In this document: in pieces, positions 1-8,398 of the stretch | Position numbering within the stretch: position 1 is the first letter of the stretch | Layout: the number at the start of each line of letters is the position of its first letter | DNA from: an uncultured Acidobacteriota bacterium | Lineage (GTDB): Bacteria > Acidobacteriota > Vicinamibacteria > Vicinamibacterales > CAVVIG01 | Direction: 5' to 3' | Length of the DNA: 32,000 nucleotides | Assembly: GCA_963821285.1 (NCBI GenBank) | Contig: CAWGDD010000012.1 | Location: forward strand, 9,027 to 41,026 | Translations under genes and position numbers: made by a program | The notes under the pieces: model-generated | What the model was told of the DNA's origin: nothing | Databases searched by the model: none | Seen by the model: the letters and a program-made list of their open reading frames with translations, nothing else

Positions 1-301
1 TGCTGGCGGTATCGAGGATCGCCGCGTAGGTGACGTTGCTCGAGTAGACGCTCGACTCGAGGATGGATCGGAGGCCCGGGTCCGCACGCAGAGCGGCGAT
101 CGGGTCGCGACCGCCTGCCGTCGCCACCACCTCGCGGGCACTCTGGTAGACGGCGCGGGCCAGCAGGTCGCCCCGCGCCTTGCTCTCCACGAGGTAGATC
201 CGCGCGAACGACGCCACGTAGAAGCCGCCCAGCACGACGACGGCGAGGCCGACGATCGAGGTGACGCCGAGCACCTGCTTGGTCTTGATGCTCAGGCGCA
301 T
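1..301 (-). CDS. probable sensor histidine kinase, N-terminal ~100 aa only (gene continues past window start)
   Basis: Minus-strand ATG at 301-299, 4 nt after the stop (308-306) of the NtrC-type regulator. The frame stays open to position 1. Translation MRLSIKTKQVLGVTSIVGLAVVVLGGFYVASFARIYLVESKARGDLL... shows one N-terminal TM helix. The kinase domains lie outside the window, so the call rests on operon position only. Confidence 0.4.
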   Translation of the reverse strand, partial: MRLSIKTKQVLGVTSIVGLAVVVLGGFYVASFARIYLVESKARGDLLARAVYQSAREVVATAGGRDPIAALRADPGLRSILESSVYSSNVTYAAILDTAS

Positions 302-305
302 ACGA

Positions 306-1700
306 TCAGGCGACGCCTTCCTGCTTCTTGATCTTCAGGCGATTGAGCTTGTTGTGCAGAGTCTTGAGGCTGATGCCGAGCAGCTCGGCGGCGCGCGTCT
401 TGTTGTCGTTGGTGTGCTGCAGCGTCAGCTGGATCAGCTGGCGCTCCGCCTCTTCGACCGTCGTGCCCGCATGGAGGCCCGCGGCGGGCGCGCCCGCGTG
501 CCCGCTGTCCACGAGCGTCGGGAGGTCCTTGACTTCGATGAACCGGCCATCGGCCACGATCGTCGCGCGCTCCATGACGTTGCGCAGCTCGCGGACGTTG
601 CCGGGCCACGAGTACCGCTCGAGGATCCGCATCGCCCGTTCGTCGACCGCGGCCACCGCCCGGTTGTTGCGGGTGTTGAACTCGCTGATGAACGCCTGAA
701 TCAGAAGCGGCAAGTCCTCCTTGCGGTTCCTGAGCGGCGGCAGGCGAATCGCGAACACGTTCAGGCGGTAGAACAGATCCTCGCGCAGCCGCCCGCGCTG
801 CACCGCTTCGGGCGGGTCGGCGTTGGTCGCCGCGATGACCCGGATGTCCACGGCCTGCTCGTTGCGGCCGCCGAGCCGCCGGAAGGAGCGTTCCTGCAGC
901 ACGCGGAGGAGCTTCACCTGCGTGGGGGGCGTCATCTCCGCGATCTCGTCGAGGAAGATCGTGCCGTGGTTGGCCAGCTCGAAGCAGCCCGGCCGGCGCT
1001 CCATCGCCCCGGTGAACGCGCCCTTCTCGTGACCGAACAGCTCGCTCTCGAGCAGCGTTTCGGGAATCGCGGCGCAGTTGATCGGGACGTAGGGCGAGTC
1101 GCAGCGCGGGCTCAGCCGGTGGATCGTCTGCGCGACGAGTTCCTTGCCCGTGCCGGACTCGCCGCTGATGAGCACGGACGCGTCGGTCGGCGCCGCCTGC
1201 TCGATGATGTGGTAGATCTTCCGCATCTCGGCGCTGTTGCCGATCATCGCGCCGAACGCGCCCTGCTCGCGCAGCTGGCGGCGCAGGACCTGAACCTCGC
1301 GCAGCGTCTCGTGCCGCTCGACGATCTTCGCCAGCAGAATCCGGAGCCGCTGGAGATCGACCGGCTTGGTCAGGTAGTCGTAGGCGCCTTCCTTGATCGC
1401 CTGTACGGCCGTTTCGACCGTGCCCTGGGCCGTCAGGATCACGGTCGTGGTGTGCTCGCCTTGCTCCTTGAGCGCCCGCAGCAGTTCGAGGCCGCTCATC
1501 TTCGGCATCACCAGGTCGGTGAGGACGATCCCCGGACGGAAGACGCCGACCTTCGCCAGCGCCTCGTCGCCGTCGCCGGCGGCCTCGACGCTGAAGCCCC
1601 AGCTCCTGATCAACTGCTCCATGCCCACGCGCGCGGCCGCATCGTCCTCGACGATCAGCACGCGCTCGTGGAACTTGTCGCCAATCTCTTTGCTTGACAC
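306..1700 (-). CDS. sigma-54-dependent two-component response regulator (NtrC/AtoC family bacterial enhancer-binding protein)
   Basis: 464-aa ORF. Receiver domain (VLIVEDD...LTDLVMPKMSG). AAA+ sigma-54 interaction domain with Walker A GESGTGKE and an intact GAFTGA loop (GHEKGAFTGA). C-terminal Fis-type HTH (AAELLGISLKTLHNKL). GTG start at 1700 with GAGG upstream. Confidence 0.95.
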   Translation of the reverse strand: MSSKEIGDKFHERVLIVEDDAAARVGMEQLIRSWGFSVEAAGDGDEALAKVGVFRPGIVLTDLVMPKMSGLELLRALKEQGEHTTTVILTAQGTVETAVQAIKEGAYDYLTKPVDLQRLRILLAKIVERHETLREVQVLRRQLREQGAFGAMIGNSAEMRKIYHIIEQAAPTDASVLISGESGTGKELVAQTIHRLSPRCDSPYVPINCAAIPETLLESELFGHEKGAFTGAMERRPGCFELANHGTIFLDEIAEMTPPTQVKLLRVLQERSFRRLGGRNEQAVDIRVIAATNADPPEAVQRGRLREDLFYRLNVFAIRLPPLRNRKEDLPLLIQAFISEFNTRNNRAVAAVDERAMRILERYSWPGNVRELRNVMERATIVADGRFIEVKDLPTLVDSGHAGAPAAGLHAGTTVEEAERQLIQLTLQHTNDNKTRAAELLGISLKTLHNKLNRLKIKKQEGVA

Positions 1701-1714
1701 GCAGACCTCATGGT

Positions 1715-1738
1715 GGCGGGCGCTGCCGGGCGCCCGCC
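1715..1738 (-). terminator. GC-rich hairpin (9-bp perfect stem GGCGGGCGC / GCGCCCGCC, 6-nt loop) between the OmpA-like gene and the regulator start; function uncertain
   Basis: The inverted repeat is read directly from the sequence. It lies 60 nt downstream of the OmpA-like stop and 15 nt upstream of the regulator GTG. No U-tract follows on the minus strand, so it is not a canonical intrinsic terminator. Confidence 0.25.
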
Positions 1739-1798
1739 GACCTCTTCAATCTAGCGTGTTTTCGCCGCGGGGAACAATTAAAGCGGCGTGGGAGGGTC

Positions 1799-2482
1799 CT
1801 ACACGAGCACGCGGATCACGACGCGGCGATTCAGCGCGCGCCCTTCCCGCGTCTTGTTCGACGCCACGGGTTTGTCCATGCCGTAGCTGATCACGTTGAT
1901 CCGGTGCAGCGGGATCTGGTGCTGTTCGAACAGGTAGCGCTTCACGGCCTCGGCGCGCTCGAGGCCGATCTTCTCGTTCATGACCTTCGGGCCGAGCGCG
2001 TCCGTGTGCCCTTCGACCTCGAAAAACGCCCCGTTCGGATCCGCCTTGAGCTTGGTGACCAACTCGTCGAGCTTGGCTTTCGCGTCGTCCGGCAGCACGG
2101 CCTTGCCGGATTTGAACTGGCCTTCGTCTTCGCTCAACACGACGGTGTACACGAGGCGCTTGTAGGCCTTGTCGAAATCGTCGGCCTTCGTTCCCACTTC
2201 GTTGGCGCGCGCCCGCGCCGCCTTCGCTTCCGCGTCGGCGCCGCTCGCGGCCTGGCGCGCGGAGTCGGCCGTGCTCTGCGCCGCCTGCGCCTTCCGGTCG
2301 ACGTCGCCGATCGTGCCTTCGTTCCGCCGCGTCCGCTCCTGCGTTTCCTCGATGGACCTGCCCATCGAGTCGGCCTTGTCATTGACGTCCTTGACGTTGG
2401 TCTTGACGAATGTTTTCGTCGCGCACGCCGCTGATCCGGCGACGAGAACGGCCACTGCCACCGCGGAGAATCTGTTCACCAT
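1799..2482 (-). CDS. OmpA-family peptidoglycan-binding lipoprotein
   Basis: Start placed at ATG 2482 (GGAGG 4 nt upstream) rather than the ORF-track start 2554. Lipobox LVAGSAAC. Ala/Lys/Asp/Glu-rich coiled-coil-like middle. C-terminal OmpA domain (FEVEGHTDALGP...ALNRRVVIRV). Confidence 0.85.
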   Translation of the reverse strand: MVNRFSAVAVAVLVAGSAACATKTFVKTNVKDVNDKADSMGRSIEETQERTRRNEGTIGDVDRKAQAAQSTADSARQAASGADAEAKAARARANEVGTKADDFDKAYKRLVYTVVLSEDEGQFKSGKAVLPDDAKAKLDELVTKLKADPNGAFFEVEGHTDALGPKVMNEKIGLERAEAVKRYLFEQHQIPLHRINVISYGMDKPVASNKTREGRALNRRVVIRVLV

Positions 2483-2531
2483 ACTGCCTCCTGCCGGGCT
2501 CGGGACAATCGACGAGCCCCGGCCGGAGTCG

Positions 2532-2547
2532 TTCAACTCTCCTGCCA
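2532..2547 (-). promoter_or_regulatory. weak sigma-54 promoter-like motif upstream of the OmpA-like gene
   Basis: The minus strand reads TGGCAGgagagTTGAA, with the same spacing as consensus TGGCAC-N5-TTGC. The -24 GG is present but the -12 GC is GA. It lies about 50-65 nt upstream of ATG 2482, next to a sigma-54 activator gene. Confidence 0.2.
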
Positions 2548-2620
2548 ATCTCAACGTGGTGTGAACAAAGGAACGAAGCCGGATGAGGTCAGTAAGATGC
2601 GCGCAAGGACCGTGTAAGAC

Positions 2621-3319
2621 TTACCGGTTCACGGCCTCGCCGCGCCGGCCGCCTGCCTGCCTGAAGACCGCGGCGCACACCTTGAACAACGACGCCCGCG
2701 CCTGGCCGGGCTGGCCGGCGCGCCGCTCCCCGGGGGCGGGGGCGAACAGCGATACGCCCGGTGTGTTGCCCAGCAACAGGATGCCGGACGCGTAGTAGAC
2801 GAGCGTCGCGATGGCCAGCGGCATCCAGAACCGGTTGAACGCCGCGAAGAACAGGAGGCCGATCGCCAGCAGGACGCACACGTCCCACGACGCAGCCGCC
2901 CACCGCGGCCCCATGCCGAAGAGCAGCGTGCCGCGGGCGGACGCCGGCTCCAGATCCGCCAGGTTCAGGCGCAGAACTGGCTCGTTTCCGGGGGTTCTTC
3001 GCGCCTCCGGCGTGGGGAACTCGAAGGGCAGATCGGCCGGGTCGGGAAACCGCGCGAGGAACTCCCGGGTGATTGCATCCGGGTCGAGGCCGACTGCCTC
3101 CGCATATGCCCGGATGAACGAACGGCGGAAGATCCCCGAGGGCCAGCGCGTGACCTGGCCGCGCTCCAGCCCCTCGAGCAAGTGCAGGCCGATCTTCGTG
3201 TTGGCGGCGATCGAGGCAAGCGTGATCCGCCGCCGCTCACGCTCCATACGCAGGCGCGCCCCGAACATCGCATCGGACGCCGACGATGGGTCTTCCGGGT
3301 GCTCAGAGAATACGTTCAT
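2621..3319 (-). CDS. helix-turn-helix (RodZ/HTH_25-like) protein with C-terminal two-TM domain
   Basis: Only the C-terminal 232 codons of the 812-aa track ORF look real. ATG at 3319. HTH region: FGARLRMERERRRITLASIAANTKIGLHLLEGLERGQVTRWPSGIFRRSFIRAYAEAVGLD. Two hydrophobic helices follow (WDVCVLLAIGLLFFAAF, WMPLAIATLVYYASGILLLG). Confidence 0.7.
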   Translation of the reverse strand: MNVFSEHPEDPSSASDAMFGARLRMERERRRITLASIAANTKIGLHLLEGLERGQVTRWPSGIFRRSFIRAYAEAVGLDPDAITREFLARFPDPADLPFEFPTPEARRTPGNEPVLRLNLADLEPASARGTLLFGMGPRWAAASWDVCVLLAIGLLFFAAFNRFWMPLAIATLVYYASGILLLGNTPGVSLFAPAPGERRAGQPGQARASLFKVCAAVFRQAGGRRGEAVNR

Positions 3320-3376
3320 GGGCGAATACACCAAGGGCTGTGGATGACTGAGAGCAAATCCGGTACCGGGACACAG

Positions 3377-3466
3377 CTGACTGTCGACTATCGACTGCTG
3401 ACTGCCGACTGCCGACTGCCGACTGCGACTGCTGACTGCCGACTGCTGACTGCCGACTGCTGACTG
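3377..3466. repeat. 13 tandem heptamers, core GACTG (CYGACTG phase), direct orientation only
   Basis: Read unit by unit: ctgactg tcgacta tcgactg ctgactg ccgactg x3 cgactg ctgactg ccgactg ctgactg ccgactg ctgactg. Lies in the divergent gap between the HTH gene start (3319) and the PBP1A start (3500). Confidence 0.95.
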
Positions 3467-3499
3467 AATTGGCAGGCGAGTTGCACAGATCGACGCTGG

Positions 3500-5806
3500 A
3501 TGTCCCTCAGGTCCGACCTCCATGGGGCGCTGCTCCATGGCCGGTGGCGTCGCGCGTTCCACCATCAGCGCCGGCTGATAGCCGGCCTGGCCGTCGGTGT
3601 CACGGTCCTCACCGCGTCCCTGGTGGGCAGCGGCGTCTGGCTGCTCGCCAGCGTGCGCTCCGGGCTTCCTGCCAGTGAGGCGCTCGGGCGCATCGGCGAG
3701 ATGGCCGAAGCCACGCTCGTGTACGACGTCCACGACAAGCTGGCCTTCACGATCTTCAACGAACAGCGCATTGATGTCCCGCTGACGGATGTCTCTCCGC
3801 ATCTGGTCCACGCGATCATCGCGGTCGAGGATCAGCGCTTCTACACGCACCACGGGTTCGACCTGATTCGCATCGCGTCGGCCGCGCTCGTCAACGTCCG
3901 GCGCGGTCGCGCCGCGCAGGGCGGCAGCACGATCACGCAACAGCTCGCGCGGCAGAGTTTCCTCACGACCGACAAGACTCTCCGGCGGAAACTTCAGGAG
4001 CTCATCCTCGCCGAGCGCATCGAAGTGCTGTACCAGAAGACCGAGATTCTCGAGCTGTACCTCAACAAGGTCTACTTCGGCGACGGCCTCTACGGCGCCG
4101 AGGCGGCCTCGCGAGGCTACTTCGGCAAGCACGCGTCCGAGTTGTCTTTGTCGGAGGCCGCGCTGCTCGCCGGCCTCGTGAAATCCCCGACGGCCTACGC
4201 CCCGACCACCAACCTCGATCGCGCCATCACCCGCCGGAACCTCGTGCTCCAGGTCATGCGCGACACGGGCGCCATCGACCGTGAGGACTGGCAGCGCGCC
4301 CGTACCGCGCGCGTCGTCCTGCGCGATACGCTTCGGAGCAGCGACTTGCGCGGGCAGTACTTCCAGGAACAGCTGCGGCAGGAGCTCGTCGAACGCTTCG
4401 GCTGGGAGCAGGTCTACCGGGGCGGCCTCCGCGTGTACTCGACGATCGACATGGACGTGCAGGACGCCGCCGAAGCGTCGGTGGCGCAGTCGCTGAAGGC
4501 CCTCGACGAGAAACGCCAGGCGCGGACACGCGCGCGCGACGAGCGCGCTGTGAACGAAGCCCGCGCCAACACTGCCGGCCCGCTGCAGGCCGCGCTCATC
4601 GCGATGGATCCGCGCACCGGCCACGTCCGCGCGATGGTCGGCGGACGCGACTTCGCCGAGAGCCGCTTCAACCGCGCCGTGCAGGCGCGACGTCAGCCCG
4701 GCTCGGCGTTCAAGCCGTTCGTGTATGCCGCGGCGCTCGAGGCCGGGTACACCCCCGCGACGATCCTGGACCACCTGAACGATCAGGTAGCCACACCGCA
4801 GGGGAACTGGGCGCCCGCAGACGGACACTCGACGGCCGAATCGATGTCTCTGCGCACGGGGCTCAAGACCTCGAGCAACCGCGCCGCCGTACGGCTGCTG
4901 CAGCAGGTCGGCATCCCGCAGACGGTCGAGTACGCCAAAGCCATGGGCATCGGCGACGTGCCCAGCGTCCCGTCGCTCGCGCTCGGGTCCGGCGAAGTCA
5001 CGCTGCAATCGCTCACCGCCGCCTACGGGGCGTTCGCCAACCACGGCCTGGTGTCGCAACCGATCCTCATCAGGCGCGTCGAGGACACGGGCGGCAAGGT
5101 TGTGTACACGAACGAGCCCTCCACCGTTCGCGCGATCAGCGACACGACGGCGTACCTGATGTCGACGATGCTGGCCGATGTGATCAACGGGGGTACGGCC
5201 GCGAGCGCGCGCAGCTTCGGCTTCACGCTGCCGGCCGGCGGCAAGACCGGCACGACCAACGACTACAACGACGCGTGGTTCGTCGGGTTCACGCCGAACC
5301 TGGTCGCAGGCGTCTGGGTGGGGTTCGATCAGCCGCGCACGATCCTGCCGGGCGGTTTCGCGGCCGAAGTCGCCGTCCCGCTCTGGGCGCGCTTCATGAA
5401 GACGGCCACGAAAGGCGACAAGCCGGAGTGGCTGCCGATGCCCCCGGAGATCACGGTCGTCAACGTCTGCCGCCTGTCAGGGAAGCTCGCGACCGGCGGC
5501 TGCGAACACCTCGACGTCGTCGACGGCCACATCGATCACCAGCCGGCCGTCTATGCCGAGTACTTCGTGAGCGGGACGGAACCGACCGCCTACTGCGATC
5601 TGCACGGGTCCCGCGGTCTCGTCGGCGTCCTCACCTCGATCTTCCGCAGCGAGCCGCCGCCGCCCCCGCCGCACGTCGCCGATCATCAGCCACCGGCCGC
5701 GGCCGCCACCGACAGCACGCCCGCCACAGCCGCTCCGGCCGCCACCGAGGAGCCCGTCAAACAGAAGCGCGGCTTCTGGTCCAAACTGTTCGGACGCAAG
5801 AAATAG
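3500..5806 (+). CDS. mrcA: class A penicillin-binding protein 1A (glycosyltransferase GT51 + transpeptidase)
   Basis: 768 aa. N-terminal TM anchor. GT51 motifs EDQRFYTHHGFD, GGSTITQQL, RKLQE. Transpeptidase motifs SAFKP (SxxK), SSN, KTGTT. Pro/Ala-rich C-terminal tail. Confidence 0.95.
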   Translation: MSLRSDLHGALLHGRWRRAFHHQRRLIAGLAVGVTVLTASLVGSGVWLLASVRSGLPASEALGRIGEMAEATLVYDVHDKLAFTIFNEQRIDVPLTDVSPHLVHAIIAVEDQRFYTHHGFDLIRIASAALVNVRRGRAAQGGSTITQQLARQSFLTTDKTLRRKLQELILAERIEVLYQKTEILELYLNKVYFGDGLYGAEAASRGYFGKHASELSLSEAALLAGLVKSPTAYAPTTNLDRAITRRNLVLQVMRDTGAIDREDWQRARTARVVLRDTLRSSDLRGQYFQEQLRQELVERFGWEQVYRGGLRVYSTIDMDVQDAAEASVAQSLKALDEKRQARTRARDERAVNEARANTAGPLQAALIAMDPRTGHVRAMVGGRDFAESRFNRAVQARRQPGSAFKPFVYAAALEAGYTPATILDHLNDQVATPQGNWAPADGHSTAESMSLRTGLKTSSNRAAVRLLQQVGIPQTVEYAKAMGIGDVPSVPSLALGSGEVTLQSLTAAYGAFANHGLVSQPILIRRVEDTGGKVVYTNEPSTVRAISDTTAYLMSTMLADVINGGTAASARSFGFTLPAGGKTGTTNDYNDAWFVGFTPNLVAGVWVGFDQPRTILPGGFAAEVAVPLWARFMKTATKGDKPEWLPMPPEITVVNVCRLSGKLATGGCEHLDVVDGHIDHQPAVYAEYFVSGTEPTAYCDLHGSRGLVGVLTSIFRSEPPPPPPHVADHQPPAAAATDSTPATAAPAATEEPVKQKRGFWSKLFGRKK

Positions 5807-5966
5807 GTTCCGGAGGTTCCAGGGGTTCCCGAGGTTCCAGGGGTTCCCGAAGTTCCGGAGGTTCCCGAGCAGCTGCGGATTCGCCTGACAAGGGACCCGG
5901 GAGCCTGGAACCTCCCGAGCCTTCGGAACCTGGGGAACCTCCGGAACTCCGGGAACCCCTGGAACC
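5806..5966. repeat. inverted pair of nonamer arrays: 7 x GGTTCCNNN, 23-nt spacer, ~8 x NNNGGAACC
   Basis: Left arm 5806-5868 (ggttccgga ggttccagg ggttcccga ggttccagg ggttcccga agttccgga ggttcccga). Spacer 5869-5891. Right arm 5892-5966 with GGAACC/GGACCC cores. It runs from the last base of the PBP1A stop to 2 nt before the stop of the convergent GGDEF gene. Confidence 0.95.
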
Positions 5967-5968
5967 TT

Positions 5969-8233
5969 TTATTGCGTGGCGTCCTGCGTCCCTTTGGCGC
6001 GGTACATCTCCAGATCGGCGGCGTGCAGGAGATCTTCCGGCCGGTTCGCGGAGGAGCCGAACGCGATGCCGAGGCTGGCGGTCGCCACCACGGAAATCCC
6101 ATCGAGGTTGAACGGCGATCCCAGGGCCTGCTTGATGCGTTCGGCCACGGTCGCCACCTCCGCGTGCGTCGTGACGTCCTCGATCAGGATCGCGAACTCG
6201 TCCCCGCCGAGGCGGGCCACGGTGTCGGAGGGACGCACGCACCCGTGCAGGCGCCCGGCCATGGCGACGAGCAGCTGGTCGCCGACGGCGTGGCCGTAGC
6301 GGTCGTTGATGGTCTTGAACTGATCGATGTCGACGAACAGCACGGCGATCGACGGCTCACCCTCGCGCGCGCGGTTGACCGCGATCCGCAGCCGATCCAT
6401 GAACGCCGTGCGGTTCAGCGACTGCGTGAGGCCGTCGTGCGCGGCCCGGTATGACAGCTGCTCGAGCATGCGCTTCTGCACGGTGATGTCGCGCAGAAAA
6501 CCCGTGAACATGGGCGGTCCCGAGGACGGAATGCGCACGAGGGACAGCTCGACGGGGAACTCCGTGCCGTCGGCTCGCATCGCGGTCGTCTCGAAGCGGC
6601 GGTCGATGGCGCCGCCGGTTCCTGCAGCCAGGTAGCGCGCCAGCCCCTCGCGGTGCGCCGCGCGCAGCGCCGGAGGGATGATCAGCTGCGCCATCTCCTG
6701 GCCCATGACCTCGGACCGTTTGTACCGGAAGGTCCGCTCCGCCGCCGGATTGAATTCGATGATGCGCCCGCGATGATCGATCGTGATGATGCAGTCGAGC
6801 ACCGCCTCGAGGATCCCGGCTTTCCGCGCCTCGCTTTCCGCAACGTCCTGTTCGACCTGCTTCCTGGTGAGGAACTGGCCGACTTCCGCGCCGATCGTCA
6901 CGAACATCTGCAGGAAATCGGCGTCGGGCTGGCGGATGCTCCGGCGGTAGAAGAACTCGAGCACGCCGAGCAGACTGCCGCCGATACCGACGGGACAGGC
7001 AAAGGCCCCGCGCAGGCCTTCGGCGGCCGCGGCGTTCAGGCGCGCGAACGCGGGATCGCGGGGGACATCAATCAGCCACGACGGCGCGTCGCTGGCCCAT
7101 ACGCGACCCGGCAGCCCAACCCCGAGACCGAAGGATCGGCCCCGGCTGATCCGCTCGAACTCGGAAGCCAAGGCCGGCGGCTGGCGCCAGACGTTCGCGC
7201 AGTGCAAGTGCTGCGACGGGCGATCCAGGCTCCAGAACAGCCCGACTTCCCATTCCATCTGATCGCCGATCACCTCCAGAACCCGCTGCATCGCAGTGGA
7301 CGCGTCGGAGGCCTCCGCCAGCACTTGGGTGATCGCATGTTCGACGCGGCGCCGGCGCGCCGAGGCATCGCGCTCCGACACGGCGGCGCCGAGCAGGAGC
7401 CCGGTGCCCGCCACGATCCCCATGAAGATCTGCAGGAGCATGAGCCGTTCGCCGACCTCGCCGACACCGTACGGCCCCCAGCCGTGCACCGTGCCCCACA
7501 CAGCGATGGTCGACGCAAGGACGTTGGCCATGGCCGCGCCGGCAATGCCGAAGCGGATGGCCGCCCAGATGAGGAACGGAAAGACGGTGTATTCGAGCGT
7601 GTAGAGCGGCGCGCTCCCGGCGTACGAGCTGGCGAACACCGCGGTGCTCACGGAGAGCAGCCCCATCAGCAGCACGGCGGCCTCCGCCGCGCGGCCGTCT
7701 CGCCGCAGCCGGGGCCAGGCGCCCAGCGTCAGCAGCGCCGGGGCCACCAGCAGCGCGCCCACGGCGTCACCGAGCCACCACGTCCACCAGAGCTGACGGT
7801 ACGCCGACCAGGGCTGCGTGCCGCTGATGCACAGGCTCATGACGCCGATGGTGGCGCCCAGCATGGTGCTGAGAAGCGCACCGAAGACGACGAGGCCCAG
7901 GGCATGGCGGAGCCGGTCGAGCGAGGCGCCGAGGCCGGTGAAGCGGCGGAGCAGGTACGCCGCCGCGATGGCTTCGAGCGTGTTGCCGGTGGCGATGCAG
8001 AACGCCACGGGCAGCGTCTCGTTCGCCGTCGCATTGGCGATGAAGGCGCCGATGAAGACACCCGGCCAGGCCTGCCGGCCGTACAAGAGCAGGGCCGCGA
8101 GGGCGAGGCCCGTCGGCGGCCACACCAGCGTGACCTGATCGGCCGTGAAGGCCATCGTAAAGCCGAGCTTCGCCGCGGCCACGTAAACGACGGCCGTGAC
8201 GGCAGCGGTAGCCAGCGCTGACCGAGTGGGCAT
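5969..8233 (-). CDS. membrane-bound diguanylate cyclase, MASE1-like / GAF / PAS / GGDEF architecture
   Basis: 754 aa. The N-terminal ~300 aa form multiple TM helices (MASE1-like). GAF-like and PAS-like middle regions. C-terminal GGDEF domain with active-site RLGGDEFAILIE. Confidence 0.9.
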   Translation of the reverse strand: MPTRSALATAAVTAVVYVAAAKLGFTMAFTADQVTLVWPPTGLALAALLLYGRQAWPGVFIGAFIANATANETLPVAFCIATGNTLEAIAAAYLLRRFTGLGASLDRLRHALGLVVFGALLSTMLGATIGVMSLCISGTQPWSAYRQLWWTWWLGDAVGALLVAPALLTLGAWPRLRRDGRAAEAAVLLMGLLSVSTAVFASSYAGSAPLYTLEYTVFPFLIWAAIRFGIAGAAMANVLASTIAVWGTVHGWGPYGVGEVGERLMLLQIFMGIVAGTGLLLGAAVSERDASARRRRVEHAITQVLAEASDASTAMQRVLEVIGDQMEWEVGLFWSLDRPSQHLHCANVWRQPPALASEFERISRGRSFGLGVGLPGRVWASDAPSWLIDVPRDPAFARLNAAAAEGLRGAFACPVGIGGSLLGVLEFFYRRSIRQPDADFLQMFVTIGAEVGQFLTRKQVEQDVAESEARKAGILEAVLDCIITIDHRGRIIEFNPAAERTFRYKRSEVMGQEMAQLIIPPALRAAHREGLARYLAAGTGGAIDRRFETTAMRADGTEFPVELSLVRIPSSGPPMFTGFLRDITVQKRMLEQLSYRAAHDGLTQSLNRTAFMDRLRIAVNRAREGEPSIAVLFVDIDQFKTINDRYGHAVGDQLLVAMAGRLHGCVRPSDTVARLGGDEFAILIEDVTTHAEVATVAERIKQALGSPFNLDGISVVATASLGIAFGSSANRPEDLLHAADLEMYRAKGTQDATQ

Positions 8234-8297
8234 GACTCCGGGTGCGCGTGCGCAGCCACGCGCGTGTTTGGGGGGCTGAACTTAGGTTACGGGAAAC

Positions 8298-8396
8298 ACA
8301 GGGCTAAAGGCAAAGGGCAGAGCGCACAGGGCAGGTTTTTGCCCTCTGCCCTTTGCCCTTTGCCCTCTGCCCTTTGCCCTCTGCTCTCTGCTCTTC
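8298..8396. repeat. inverted pair of heptamer arrays: 5 x ARAGGGC, loop GTTTTT, 8 x GCCCTYT
   Basis: Left arm: acagggc taaaggc aaagggc agagcgc acagggc. Loop 8335-8340. Right arm: gccctct gcccttt gcccttt gccctct gcccttt gccctct gctctct gctcttc. It ends 2 nt before the stop (8399-8401) of the minus-strand OMP gene. Confidence 0.95.
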
Positions 8397-8398
8397 TC

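Noticed and set aside
261-1697. Long antisense or alternate-frame ORFs typical of high-GC DNA (e.g. 261..1697+, 6653..8221+, 8264..9475+, 11379..12161-, 15265..16377+, 17438..18274-, 18401..19891-, 24191..25918+, 25449..26699+, 28247..29755-, 29570..30430+)
   Set aside because: Each overlaps a gene with clear family motifs on the other strand or frame. Their translations are Arg/Ala/Pro/Gly-rich with no recognisable domains.
3320-5059. The N-terminal 580 aa of the 812-aa ORF 2621..5059(-)
   Set aside because: It runs antisense to the strongly supported PBP1A gene and through the heptamer array. Only the last 232 codons, from ATG 3319, have protein-like features.
5275-6242. Track ORFs 5275..6111(+), 5686..6102(-) and 5757..6242(-) encoding GSRGSRGS / PEPSEPGEP low-complexity proteins
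   Set aside because: They are translations of the nonamer array palindrome and of the out-of-frame ends of the PBP1A and GGDEF genes. There is no start context and no independent coding signal.
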